Positions 52,601 to 64,000 of a DNA stretch of 64,000 nt are shown here, one piece after another (the first letter of the stretch is position 1; each line of letters begins with the position of its first letter). The stretch is from Girardia tigrina. Its lineage: Eukaryota. The position numbers and the translations under genes are program-made. The stretch is from assembly GCA_001938485.1 (NCBI GenBank), contig MQRK01250615.1, forward strand, positions 1 through 64,000, read 5' to 3'. The notes under the pieces were generated by a model, which saw nothing but the letters and a program-made list of their open reading frames with translations, searched no databases and was not told the DNA's origin.

Positions 52601-52768
52601 GGTAACATATTTTCTTCATTACACGATATCAGAAAATTGATATCCATGCTCTTTTCTTGGTATTTTGAATATAGCTTTTTGTAGCTATACAATTGATTCT
52701 TTAATTCTTCATTATCTAGAATTGATAATGGCATTTTTAATAATAATACAAATAAAGGCCATTTTTGA
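49688..52768 (-). mobile_element. Penelope-like retroelement (RT + GIY-YIG) with direct pLTR repeat
   Basis: Motifs LYGLPKIHK, MVSFD, YTRYVDD, LSFLDV and YIGETS. A ~53-bp direct repeat containing the start codon (MPLSIL) occurs at 49688-49740 and 52716-52768. AT-rich insertion at ~51541-51943. Confidence 0.92.
49757..49799 (-). ncRNA. Minimal type I hammerhead ribozyme in the PLE pLTR
   Basis: CATTGCA-CTGAAGA-T-GCC GAAAT GGT-GAAA-CGCGTA-TGTATTG: CUGANGA/GAAA core, palindromic ACGCGT stem III, GUA cleavage site. Confidence 0.82.
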
Positions 52769-53018
52769 TATATTTAGATATATTTAAATATGTACAGTTT
52801 GAAAAAGAAATTAAAAAAATTAATACGATGTAATTAAACTGTTAAGAATTAAGAAATTTTTTAGATAGTTTAAAATATAAGATACAAATTAAAATGCAGA
52901 TTTTTTAAATGTGTAACAATTTTTGAAAAATAATAAAATGAAACGAAACAATTGAATATTTTAAAATTTTAAATGAATCAAATAGTAATAATAAAAATTT
53001 AATAATACAATTCATAAT

Positions 53019-55720
53019 TATGATGTCAAAATTGTTCATAACGTCTGCCCGGGTACACGTTGACCTCCAGAGTGGGTACCCGGGTACCCGTCGTCCAGAC
53101 TTTTTATTATTAAATGTACGTAAATGTACGTATTAAATAGGTTTTTTGTCATAACCTTTCTTGTTAATAAATTCCTGTTGCTTTATTGTATGTTTTATTT
53201 TAAGCAATTCAATATATAGGCAATAAAAAATAAAAAATAAAACAGACAACAAATTAATATAACTACCACAGAAATACTACATTCCTAACTAAATACTAAC
53301 TTTTAATACGAAAAATGTCTATTAAAACCCAAAAAAACCTTTAATTATTTATCGAACCAGTTAAAACAAAATGTAAAAAGTTCATGTTCATAATTAGATC
53401 AAACCCTTCAGTTGATATGCTTAGATAATATCAGTAATTTTATCATTAACAACCACGTCCCAGTTTCTGTTTAGGAAAACAAGAATATCAACTGTTTCTG
53501 GTGACAGAGAAGCTCGATGCCGATTTACCACATGACCAGCAGTAGAAAATGCACATTCTGAGGGTACAGATGTCACTGGTATGCACAAATATTTTCGAGC
53601 CAGAAAAGCTAACTTTGGATAACGCTTGCTGTCATCATTCCAATATTGAGGAATATCAGCTTTCACCGTCAATGGTGTCTCTGACAAGTAGGAAGTGAAC
53701 TCATCCAAACCTACAAATCGATCATCTGCTGAACACAACATATCAAGATCATCAAAAAAGTTTTTTTGGTTATTCAGAGCTTTCACGGGTTCAGGTTCTA
53801 CAATCTCCGATTCGTCATCAATAGTTGCAACGACGATCGTTTCCAGATCATGTATAATTTCCGCGTATGTTTCATCACGAACAGGTTCTGCAAGGAATTT
53901 CAATAGTTTATATCGTGGATCAAAGACAGAAGCCTTTGCCGCATTCAATTTGTTGTATTCAGCAGGATAGTAGCGCCGTTGTAACTACTCTGTAATTGCA
54001 GATCGACATTGCTGCACAGCGGCGCACTCATCTGGTTGTACAACTTGTATATACCTCAAAATAATGTATAACTGTGGATAGACTGCTGATAATGACGGAT
54101 ATTTCTGGCCGGAGGATATGGTTGTCAACATCTTAAATTCTTTTAGAATAATTATCACAGCCTGTGAAAGCAACCAGTTGTCATCTGACATTTCCAATGT
54201 CGCAGCATTTCTGTGCTCTGTAACATTTCTATCCGACAGCACAGCTCCAATGACCCAACAAAGTTTCAACAAGCGCTCAAGCATGTCAAGAGAGGAGTTC
54301 CATCTTGTTGAGCAATCGATGACTACCTCATGAATGTCGTGACTGTCATTGTTGGTCTTAAAAGCAGTTTGTTTGCTTCGCAATGCCTCTGCTGCTACAG
54401 TGTTTCTTTTGAAGTTGGCAGCCAATTGTCTAGCAGCACCAAGCATCTTGGCAATTGCCTGAATTTTAAGGCCAGCACCAATGGCCAGCTGGAATGTATG
54501 TGCGAAACAGCGCTGGTCCAGCCAGTCATCCAGAATAGAGATTGCCAAGTTGACATTCGAGCCGTTATCATGTACTGTTGCTGCTATTTTGTTAGTTGGT
54601 ATTCCCAACTCCTCAGCACACTTATATTTTCACCCGTGTGGCGCTCAGTAAATTCTCTGGTCTGCAAAATGGCCTATTGCAGTTCCCAATCATTGGTCAA
54701 CAAATGTACAGTTACGCACATATATGCTAAATTTTGAATCGATTCCCACATATCTGTTATGAAGGCAATATAACATGCCTTCTCCAATCTTGTCTTAAGT
54801 ATGTTTCTTTTGTGTTCAAACTCCGTCTTAACTAGTGCAGTTACTGTTGTACGAGACTTCAGTTTATAGCCGAGCTCCACAAACTTCAAAAGATCAATGA
54901 ATCATTTGCATTCACAATGCTGACGGGCCTTGCATCACGTGCAATAAATTCGGCAACTTTTTTTATCAATATTTAAAGCTCTGGATTTGGTTAACTTCGA
55001 TCTTGCTGCTACCATGAACTCAGTTATGTTTGAAGTCATACTTTTCCCCGTCTCATTCAAATCAATCTTGTGCGATCCAATGAGATGATGACGTAGAGTA
55101 GAGGTGTTGCCGCCTTTTACTGACAGAACAAGATCACAAAGCATGTACTTAGCACTATTGTCACCTATGCGCTTGGCATGCAGCCATACTTTGGATGATT
55201 TACTCATTTGTAATTTTTAATTAATCAATATAATTTTATAATATTACTTATTATTAATGAATTGAATATAATTTTTAATTGTCTTGTTAGGGTAAATTTC
55301 TCTGAATAAAAACCGGCATTATCAAATAAAATAATATAAACAATTAATACAAGACAACACGTTCGAAAGGTCAATTTGGACTGCTTTTTGGAGATTGATT
55401 TAAATTTTACTTAATTACGTCACATTTCCGTGACTTATTAATGATGAAGAATTTAAAAAGGGCTAGTAATAAATGTCCAGCGTTTATTGAATTCAAATAA
55501 ATACTACTTCCATAACAGCGATTCTGTTATAAATTAGTACTAAAATTTAATTAAAATAATATTATATTATAACTTAAACACCAGCAAACAGCTATTCTGA
55601 TCAACGGATTTCTTATATATTTGCTGGTTAAATTGTACAATCTGCGTTATTTCAGACCCCAACGGGTACGCGAAAACTGTTTTCAGTGCCCGGGAACCCG
55701 GGTACCCGTTGACAGCCTTA
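53019..55720 (-). mobile_element. Ac/ZBED1-type hAT transposon
   Basis: 8-bp TSD TTCATAAT (53011-53018, 55721-55728). TIR TAAGGCTGTCAA on one side, degenerate on the other. CCCGGGTAC subterminal repeats at both ends. Confidence 0.85.
53421..55207 (-). pseudogene. ZBED1-like hAT transposase, multiply disrupted
   Basis: SKVWLH BED finger, ITDMW, HDNGSN, CFAHT, TRWNS, DPRYK and IPVTSVPSECAFS. Confidence 0.93.
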
Positions 55721-55789
55721 TTCATAATACTTAATACAAATTATAACCCACCTGAATCAAGGTATATCTTATCGATTCCTTAGTCAGGG

Positions 55790-56180
55790 GGCTTTAAACA
55801 TTTAAAATCATCAACTTTAAAAAGTTTGATTCCGAATACTATTAATCTAAAAATTATTTCACAATCATATAAAATTAGTGATATATTCAGCAAAAAATCT
55901 CTTACGCCTCTCGGTTTGTGCTCCGATGTTGTTTATAAATATACTTTTAGTAATTCTAACGCCACATACATTGGAGAGACATCTCGTCATCTCTGTAAAC
56001 GGATCAAAGAGCATAGTCGGTTGGATAATGGGAGCAATATTGCTGAACATAATTTAAAATGTAAAAAGAAAATCAAAGAAAATGTTTTTCAAATTCTGTG
56101 TCATCGATTTAAAAAATTACTGGGAGAGAGTAACGTGTGAGGCCTCATTAATAAGATCCATGGATCCAAAAATTAATATT
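55790..56180 (+). mobile_element. Penelope-like GIY-YIG endonuclease fragment
   Basis: VVYKYT...YIGETSRHL.KRIKEH. Confidence 0.85.
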
Positions 56181-57206
56181 CTAATTGATTATTATTTTTT
56201 CACTTCTTTAAATTTTATGTTTTTAAATACACTTTGAATAGTTTATATTAAAGAAACGATGTTTTTTTGTTTTTTAAATTTATTTAATCTACTGACAGAA
56301 AAAATATTCAAATCTAAATAAATTTAATTTTTTTATAATATTATTTTATTTTCTATTTTTGTTGAGGATTTTCTTTCAATTTCAATTAAAATCCTTACAT
56401 TTTCAAAGGTACATTATTTGTTAAACAATTTAATATTAATTATTTTCCGTGTTTAAAGGAAAACTTTATATTATAGTAAAAAATTGTAAAAATAGTTTAC
56501 TCACTAGCGAGATGTTAGGAAGACTGTCCAGGAAGCTTAGAGGAAAATGTATAAAATTATTGAGGTGTATCATCTTAGTACAAAAAAGAAAGTAAAAATA
56601 TTGCAAAATAAATATTAAAAATTCTCTTTTTAAAATTATAAAACATTCAAATTATATACGAAGTAAAAATTTCATTTTATCGTTTTAAGCAAATCTTATA
56701 ATTATCAGATGGATTTAATTTTTCAAGATAATTCTTTTCTAATTTCCTTATCAACAAATCGTTGAATACGAATAATTTTAGTAAAGTAAAACTTTATTTA
56801 AATTTCTGAAAATATTTCTCGGATTTAAAACTCCTAGATTAATTTTTTTTTCGTTATTTACAAGTTTTGTATTTATTATGATGATAAGCAAGGAGAACCT
56901 AAAAAGATCACTTAATTAAAAGATCACTTTATTAATACAACCTCTCTTAATGTAATTCGTTTGAAGAATTAAATACTCATTGTTAGGTTGGGAATTATCT
57001 TCCATTCTAAATCAAAACAAATTAAAAACTTGCAAAATTTATTAATCTACAACAGTTTAAATTTGTTATTTAAACAAATTTTCTTTTTTTTATTTTCTTT
57101 TTTTTAATTCTATTTTCTATTATTTTTTTTAATTTCGATTATAATTCGAAAATTTTTTAAAACCAAAATTCTTATTTCTGAAAATTAAAAAATTAACAAC
57201 AACACT

Positions 57207-58253
57207 CTATTGCACCCCCGCACGCAAGAATTTTTTAATTTTCTCCACATTTCTTTCGCATGTTTTACCAGACATATCTTCAAAAACATACCTTCTATCA
57301 TGTACTTTTCGAACGACTTTATATGGCTCGTCGTATCTCCTTTGATCTTTTGTTCTAGATTCTACTTTTACCAATACATCATCTCCTGGGAAGAATTGTC
57401 TTCGCGTGATAGGCTCCTGGTCCCGCTCATATTGGAATGTTTTACTATTTTTTCCATCCCATTTCTCCCTGCTAATGCGTCTTCCGAAAATGATTTCAGA
57501 TGGACTCATCCCGATAGTCGTCTGTAATGTGGCATTTAAAGAGAACTCGATCTCCGGTAGAATCTATGCCCAATCGGAACTTCTTCTTTCATGCAATGTT
57601 GCATTAATCAATTCTCTCACTGTACGGAATTGGTCAATTTGTCATTTTGTGTTATGATGATATGGGCTGGAGAATCTAATTTCAAAATTCTGTTTCTCTG
57701 CGAACTCCTTCATCTTTTTTGATTCAAAAACCTTACCGTAATCCACATTAATCGCCTTGGGAGAACCAAATTTCAGTATCCAATTCCGCACTATTCCTTT
57801 TATTATTGACTCTTCATCTTGTTTCGATATTGCTATTTCAGCATAAACGTGATTGCTTTATGGTCGGTACGCAAAGTAAACTTTTTACCATACAGAACAT
57901 GTCTAAAATGGTTACCAAAATAATACATGGCAAGCAATTCTTTTCTTGTAACACAATAGCCCTTCTCGTGACTATTCATTGAATGCGATCCATAAGCGAA
58001 ATAGGATGGAAAAAATAGTAAGACATTTCAATATGAGAGGGACCAGGCGCCTATCACGCGAAGACAATTCTCCTCAGGAGATGATGTATTGGTAAAAGTA
58101 GAATCTAGAACAATAGATCAAGGGAGATACGACGGGCCATATAAAGTCGTTCGAAAAGTACATGATAAAAGGTATGTTCTTGAAGATATGTCTGGTAAAA
58201 CATGCGAAAGAAATGTGGAGAAAATTAAAAAATTCTTGCGTGCGGGGGTGTAA
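57207..58253 (-). mobile_element. Rearranged Gypsy fragment: RNaseH fused to integrase, with inverted duplication of the 3' end
   Basis: Motifs TRKELLA, RTDHKAI, FGSPKAINVD, SPYHH and SPSEIIFG. 57207-57460 is the reverse complement of ~58002-58253. Confidence 0.88.
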
Positions 58254-58269
58254 GAGAAAATATATGGGT

Positions 58270-58512
58270 CAAAGATTCTTGACACAAAATGTTGACTTCC
58301 TCATTTCTTGATAGTGAAACGAGATGAAGAACCACCAAAAATCCGTAATTGTTTTCCATGCTGTAGAGAAAAGTAATGGAGTTTGTCTAAATGACAGGAT
58401 TCTTCTAGGATTAAAATTACAAAATGATCTCAGAGAGAAATTTTATTTCGATTCATAAAAAAGTCGACATAACAATTGCTGGCGATATTGAAGAAAAGTA
58501 CTTAGAAATTTG
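58270..58512 (+). mobile_element. BEL/Pao RT remnant, 5' part
   Basis: TTKIR...NGVCLNDRILLGLKLQNDL...IAGDIEEKYLEI. Confidence 0.7.
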
Positions 58513-60575
58513 TGTTGGGACCAGTGAGTTTTTCCTTCACGTCAGCCTCTGGCTTATTTATTGCACCGGCACCGAGGCAGGCGAAGGAAAAACTCCCTAA
58601 ATCTAAAAAAAACAAAAAATAAAAAATATTATAATTTATAATTAATTAATTAAAAAATAGAAACTTTTTATTGGTTTTGACCCTTGGATCCTGTCGATTT
58701 GAATATTTTCTTGTGTGAATTTGATGGCCTGATTTGCTGACGTGGGTTTGATCGGAATTTTGGCCATCTCCGGGTTGTTTCTATCTGAGGACTGTTGACT
58801 TAGTGATGGATGATTGAAGGTTGACTGTGAGAATTGTCTGCTTGCTGGTTCTGTGAATTTTTGTGACGAAAGAATGGTATAAATTCATCCGAATTTATGC
58901 ACTTGATCAGACTTTTTATTGAATAAATTTTACTAGAGAAAAAGAATTTTTGTTTTGAACCTAGGTAATTTTTAGATTCTATTTCTTTTTTTTTGAAGTT
59001 GATGGAGGTTGGGGAGCACCTCAAGGCTGCCGATCTGTCGATAGATAACGGTAGGGGCTTATAATTCCTGCCGAGACTATTGACGATCAGGTAGGGAATA
59101 TGAACAGGTTGTGAGGTAATCTGATGACTGCCGATCTGTTAATAGATTAACTGCAGGTGCTTATAGTGCCTGCCGAGACTAATGAGAATCTGGAAGTTTG
59201 AGAAAGTCCTTGCAAAGTTTCATTTCTAGAAGAGAATTCGTTTCTCTCAGCCTCCATCAATTATTTTTTTGGTTTTGTTTTTTTTATTTTTTTAATCCAC
59301 TCATCGTCCTTATTCAGCATGGATAGGGAATATAACGAAAACAAAGAGCAACAAAGAGAACTGCTGCTGGAGTTGCAGAAATGGAAAGGCGAATGTGTCA
59401 ACCTGAATGGTGAATTGACGAAGAGGACAATCGAATTTGAGGACTACAAAAAGCATTCAGTTCCTCTATCAATTCACAAACCGGTTGTGGATAAATATTT
59501 ATTGGGACAACAGAAAATAAAGTCCTTGCAAAACGAGGTCACCGAGATGAGAATTCAGCAAAATATGTCAAGCTACTACAAGGTGATCGAAAAGGTCTCA
59601 GAAGAGAAACCGGAAATAATTATAGAAAGAGCAAGCAAGATTGGATCAAATACGGAAAAGAAGCCTCTAGTGACGAATCCAAACATTTATGGGTCAATTA
59701 TGAAAGAGGATATGGTATCATCATCCTCTGGGATGCTCAGCAGATCTCAGAAGCGGCGGCAGCAGAGGAAGCGAAAAGCTCAAATGTTTCAACAGGCCAA
59801 GAATGAGTTGCAAGCTGTTTTTAAAACCAGTCGTGTTGAGGTTGACGTCCAAGATGAAAAGACGGTAATCAGAAATGACGCCAGTCAAAAAGAGTCTTCT
59901 GATTTTGATACCTCGCATCAAATTTCGGTGTTTTTTCCATCAAATAATGTCCAAGGGACTATAGAACAACAAGAATGGCTGGACTTTAAGTCTAAACTTG
60001 AAATTCAGAAGGAGAATCGTGACCGCCTACAGTTCCGCTCTATCACAACTGGTAAATGAGAAGATTTTGTCAATCTATCAGATTTGGATGACTAAGAACG
60101 ATTGGTGGATTGCCTTTGATTGGCATTTTCTTTTGTTATATTTTAATAAAACAATGTCAATATATAATTTGTTCATGTTTTTTGAATTTTAATCTCTGAT
60201 ATGAAAATGATAAACTTATAATAAGAAATATAGTAATCAAATAAAAAACATGTTGAGGAAAAAATAAGATAATCATTAATTAAATAGAAGTAGCATAAGC
60301 CAACTTTCATAGACTTAATATATTTAAATATAATGTAGAACCCAATAGGTACTTCATCAGCTTCACTGGCGAGATAAAAGAGCCAGATTGGGTTGATGGG
60401 GTACGATATGGATCTCTAATAAGTGTTAGGGACACTTAGAGGAGAGACATATCTAAATATTATGTTGGGGCAAAATAAACTCAGATGCTAAAGCATACCA
60501 TGAAACACACTAATTTAAATTAATAAAATTAAAATAATCATATAAAATCCAGCACTAATAATATCACACCCAACA
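58513..60575 (+). mobile_element. ~2.06-kb solo-LTR-like element, copy B, inserted in the Pao RT
   Basis: TGTTGGG...CCCAACA ends; flanks TTTG/TTTA (4-bp TSD with one mismatch). The Pao RT resumes immediately after. AATAAA near 60522. Confidence 0.85.
59319..60059 (+). CDS. LTR-internal ORF, 246 aa (ancestrally ~258 aa, to 60095): coiled-coil N-terminus, basic NLS-like patch, function unknown
   Basis: Long open frame in AT-rich DNA, conserved with copy A. TGA at 60057 corresponds to GGC in copy A and the frame continues EDFVNLSDLDD*. Confidence 0.7.
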   Translation: MDREYNENKEQQRELLLELQKWKGECVNLNGELTKRTIEFEDYKKHSVPLSIHKPVVDKYLLGQQKIKSLQNEVTEMRIQQNMSSYYKVIEKVSEEKPEIIIERASKIGSNTEKKPLVTNPNIYGSIMKEDMVSSSSGMLSRSQKRRQQRKRKAQMFQQAKNELQAVFKTSRVEVDVQDEKTVIRNDASQKESSDFDTSHQISVFFPSNNVQGTIEQQEWLDFKSKLEIQKENRDRLQFRSITTGK

Positions 60576-61200
60576 TTTAGTTGGTTTCCGTAGATAAAAA
60601 ATATCTAAGATTCGAACGCTTCATTAATTCAGACAAAAGATGTTATGAATTTAAAAGATTAATTTACGATTTGAACGAAACAATTGCTGTAACTCAACTG
60701 GTCTACAGACAGAACGAAGAGAAATTGGAAAGGAAATATCCAGAAGCTGTAGAAATGATAACACAAGTAATCTACATTGACAAAACTCTAATTTCTGTGT
60801 ATCTGCTGAAGAAGGTTTAAAGAGAATAGAAGATATTAAGGAAATTTGAGTAACGAATGGAATGGAAACTAATAAATGTTAACCATCAATACAGGAATAT
60901 TGAAAAAAAATTCCAGAAGAGCAAAGGTGGAAAAGCCTTCATTTGAAGAACAAAGAATCTTGGGTGATAAAGACCTTAGAAGTTTCCTTAAACGCTTTTC
61001 AAGATAGATTTGGGGTTGAAATCAAACCGCCTTCAACAGAAATATTGACCAAGTGAAAGTTTTTGAATATGATTGCTACAATCTTTGATACGAAAGATTA
61101 TTTTCTGCATTTACAATTATGGGAAAAATAATTATTCAAGAAATGCCTATACTTGATTTAAAATCGGATAAAGGATTACCTTTTAAAATACACAACCAGG
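60576..61200 (+). mobile_element. BEL/Pao RT remnant, 3' part
   Basis: DKKYLRF...YEFKRL...YPEAVEMITQVIYID. Confidence 0.6.
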
Positions 61201-64000
61201 TTGAAAAACGTAGGTACCTGCAAACTGCTACTCCCGGCTGGGAATCGTCACAGTACTGCTCAGCACGATCCCAAACTTAATTACATCAATGCTCAACCTG
61301 ATTGATTAATCATGCATCACTGTAAAGCTATCGCACCATCGACAGCGACTACACCGTGATTCTCTGCTATCCTCAAACTCGAGTACTACTGATCTCTGAG
61401 CAGGGATCAGTCCAAAAGTCATCACACCCAGTATATTGACTAGTCTTGTAAGTGGATTGCAAGTCAACTGGTAGTATAAATATTCCTCCAGCATTTAAGA
61501 ACAGTATAAGCTTTAAGAATTTCCACCAAGAGATATAATCAAACCCTCCTTCTAGTTTCAAGGAACACTATGTGGAAGTATGTTTGACTGGCTCGCACAA
61601 CAATCCCTGCTCTGCAATATGTGAGTTTTTTTCAAAAGTGACCATTAAAAGTGACTATCAAGCGTCTGAATTCAATAATTGATCTAAGATCAGTTGTCTG
61701 GCGATAATTTTGTAAAAATAATTTGTCCGTAATTGCACTAAAATATAAAAATAAAAGTCCCAGATATATCAAACTGTTCTTTTATTATTTTACAAACAAG
61801 AAGAATTAGTAAAATTATATATTCCTAAGATTATCAAAATATAAATAATGTAAATAAATAATAAAGTAAAACAATAAAATAATAAAATAGAATAATAAAC
61901 TAAAATAAGTCAACATAAATTAATAATTAAAAGTATATGAAAAAATTAAAAATATAAAAAAATATATGAGTATAAAGAATAAAAATATTTCAAGTAATAT
62001 TTGAGAACAATAATTGCAAAAAAGAAATAAAAACTAATTCTTAAAAAAAATTTCAGTTTCATTAATGAATAATTCTAGACAAACTAGTCTAAAGAAACGT
62101 ATCAATCAAACGGAGGAATTCGACGAGATCTCGGCAGGCAAGCGTTACAGTTGCGATTCAAATTCCAATTTAGTTTGTTATTTGTTTGAAAAATCTTTTC
62201 GTACTCTTTTGCAAGCAAACTGTCAGAAACTGCAAAAGCGTGCATTTCAAACAATTATTTTTTATGTTATTTGAAATAAAAAAAATTCCATTAACATTAT
62301 TCATAGATAAAATTAAACGTAATTCTCAGAAATTATTTTTCATTAATTATTCTTTCTTTTTTTATATTCTCGTTCAGACAGAACTCTGTAATGTATACCA
62401 GAATGCTCTCTTACAACGTTATTTTAACCCTTAAAACCTTTTGTAGTGAAAGAGAATATCTAACTAAGAATGTGAGGGATAATTGTGAATGTTGTAAGTT
62501 TGTTGTTTTTATGCTGTTTAGATTTGTGACTCTCCTACTCAGATGGGATTGATATGTTATTTGATTAATTATTTGAATCTAATNNNNNNNNNNNNNNNNN
62601 NNNNNNNNNNNNNNNNNNNNNNNNNNNNNNNNNNNNNNNNNNNNNNNNNNNNNNNNNNNNNNNNNNNNNNNNNNNNNNNNNNNNNNNNNNNNNNNNNNNN
62701 NNNNNNNNNNNNNNNNNNNNNNNNNNNNNNNNNNNNNNNNNNNNNNNNNNNNNNNNNNNNNNNNNNNNNNNNNNNNNNNNNNNNNNNNNNNNNNNNNNNT
62801 AAATATTTAATCAAAAACTATATTAATCAAAGAATGATGACCACTGAAAATTGTTGTGAAGAATCTGTTTGTGTTGTAAATAAATGTTTGCATTCAAATT
62901 GTGATGTTGTTAATAAAGAAAAATATATTTGAATTAGAATTTACTATAATGATTATTAAAACAACACACACATTAAAATACATTAATATTTACATAATTA
63001 TTCCACACCTTCCATAAAGATTTAATTTTTCGGATAATTAAAATAAATTATATTAATTTATAATTATAATATTATTTGTCGTAGGGATGATCGTCCACTG
63101 TCTCAAGAACTGTCCTTTGCTATAAAATTGGTCACATACGTACTTTGCCTTCAACCATCTCGGGCAGATTTTATTCTCGATATACTTTCTTTGTTGGTGA
63201 TTGTACAAACTCAATAATCGAATTACATAGTTGTCTTATGACTCTTATTCTCAATTTCGACCATTTTTTGTGCACACTGTCGGAGATGTTTTCTTTGACT
63301 GTTGTCGTTAAGCTTTTCAAAGTACTCGTACTTTGCACAGATTCTAAATCATAGACATTGTTTAGGTTTTTTAACATTATGAGATAAAATTGCAATTATT
63401 GCAAAACAACTGAATTTCGGTAAATTTTATTTGTACGATAATTTGCAAACCTTTTATTTGTCGATAATCAACTTTTAATAACTCTCTTTGTCCGCGCTTT
63501 TATTTCATTCAAATAACAACAATTATTTTTTCTTGATATAACATTAACCTTTTTTTCTTTTATTAATTTTTTTACCAAAAAGACACATTGGTATTTTTCT
63601 TTACACAGCAAACATATGTAATGCTAAAACATAGAATCCAATTAATTTTACAACGGATACTTTATCATATTCCGGCTCAGTACATTATTCGAAGAAGGAA
63701 ATAAAGCTCTAAATAGTTTATTGAGAACATTCTGAATTTTAAAATTTTGCTTTTCTTTCTTTTAGGACTTATCTTGATTTCAACTAGACAACTTATTTCT
63801 GTTGGTTATAAATTACAGATAAATTAATTTATTTAAGAGTCCTAAAGTTAACATAATATCTTTAAATAATTATATGATTAATGTGATGATGTCAATGAAG
63901 TGCGAAATGAACCGCAGCGCGAAAACTCTATTATAACGTTATTTTCACGTTAAGTAGTAGTAACCAGGTTTAAAACCCTGTGTAGAGTACTAAATGACTT

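Noticed and set aside
59115-59200. CTGATGA followed by a hairpin in the LTR as a possible hammerhead
   Set aside because: No GAAA after the stem, and copy A has TTGATGA at this position.

Overview
AT-rich eukaryotic draft scaffold with several N gaps. It is an invertebrate and is planarian-like by composition and TE content, which is my inference only. Most of the window is nested, decayed transposable elements: Helitrons and a Helentron-type element, three hAT lineages, Tc1/mariner, MULEs, Zator, a piggyBac-type MITE, Gypsy, BEL/Pao and Penelope-like elements (PLEs). No intact host gene is evident; host-like sequence is limited to disrupted fragments. Main observations: (1) Two ~2-kb solo-LTR-like elements (TGTTGGG...CCCAACA ends, 4-bp TSD) each carry their own ~258-codon coiled-coil ORF. 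(2) An 860-bp insertion with a perfect 9-bp TSD carries a divergent histone H2B. (3) A Spen-like RRM exon lies inside a hAT transposase. (4) Three minimal hammerhead ribozymes sit in PLE terminal repeats. (5) A minisatellite is built from RFX X-box and CCAAT/Y-box motifs. (6) A >=3-kb inverted duplication (1-2966 vs 12374-17312) supplies the empty sites that confirm two insertions. All family calls come from motif recognition by eye; no searches were run.
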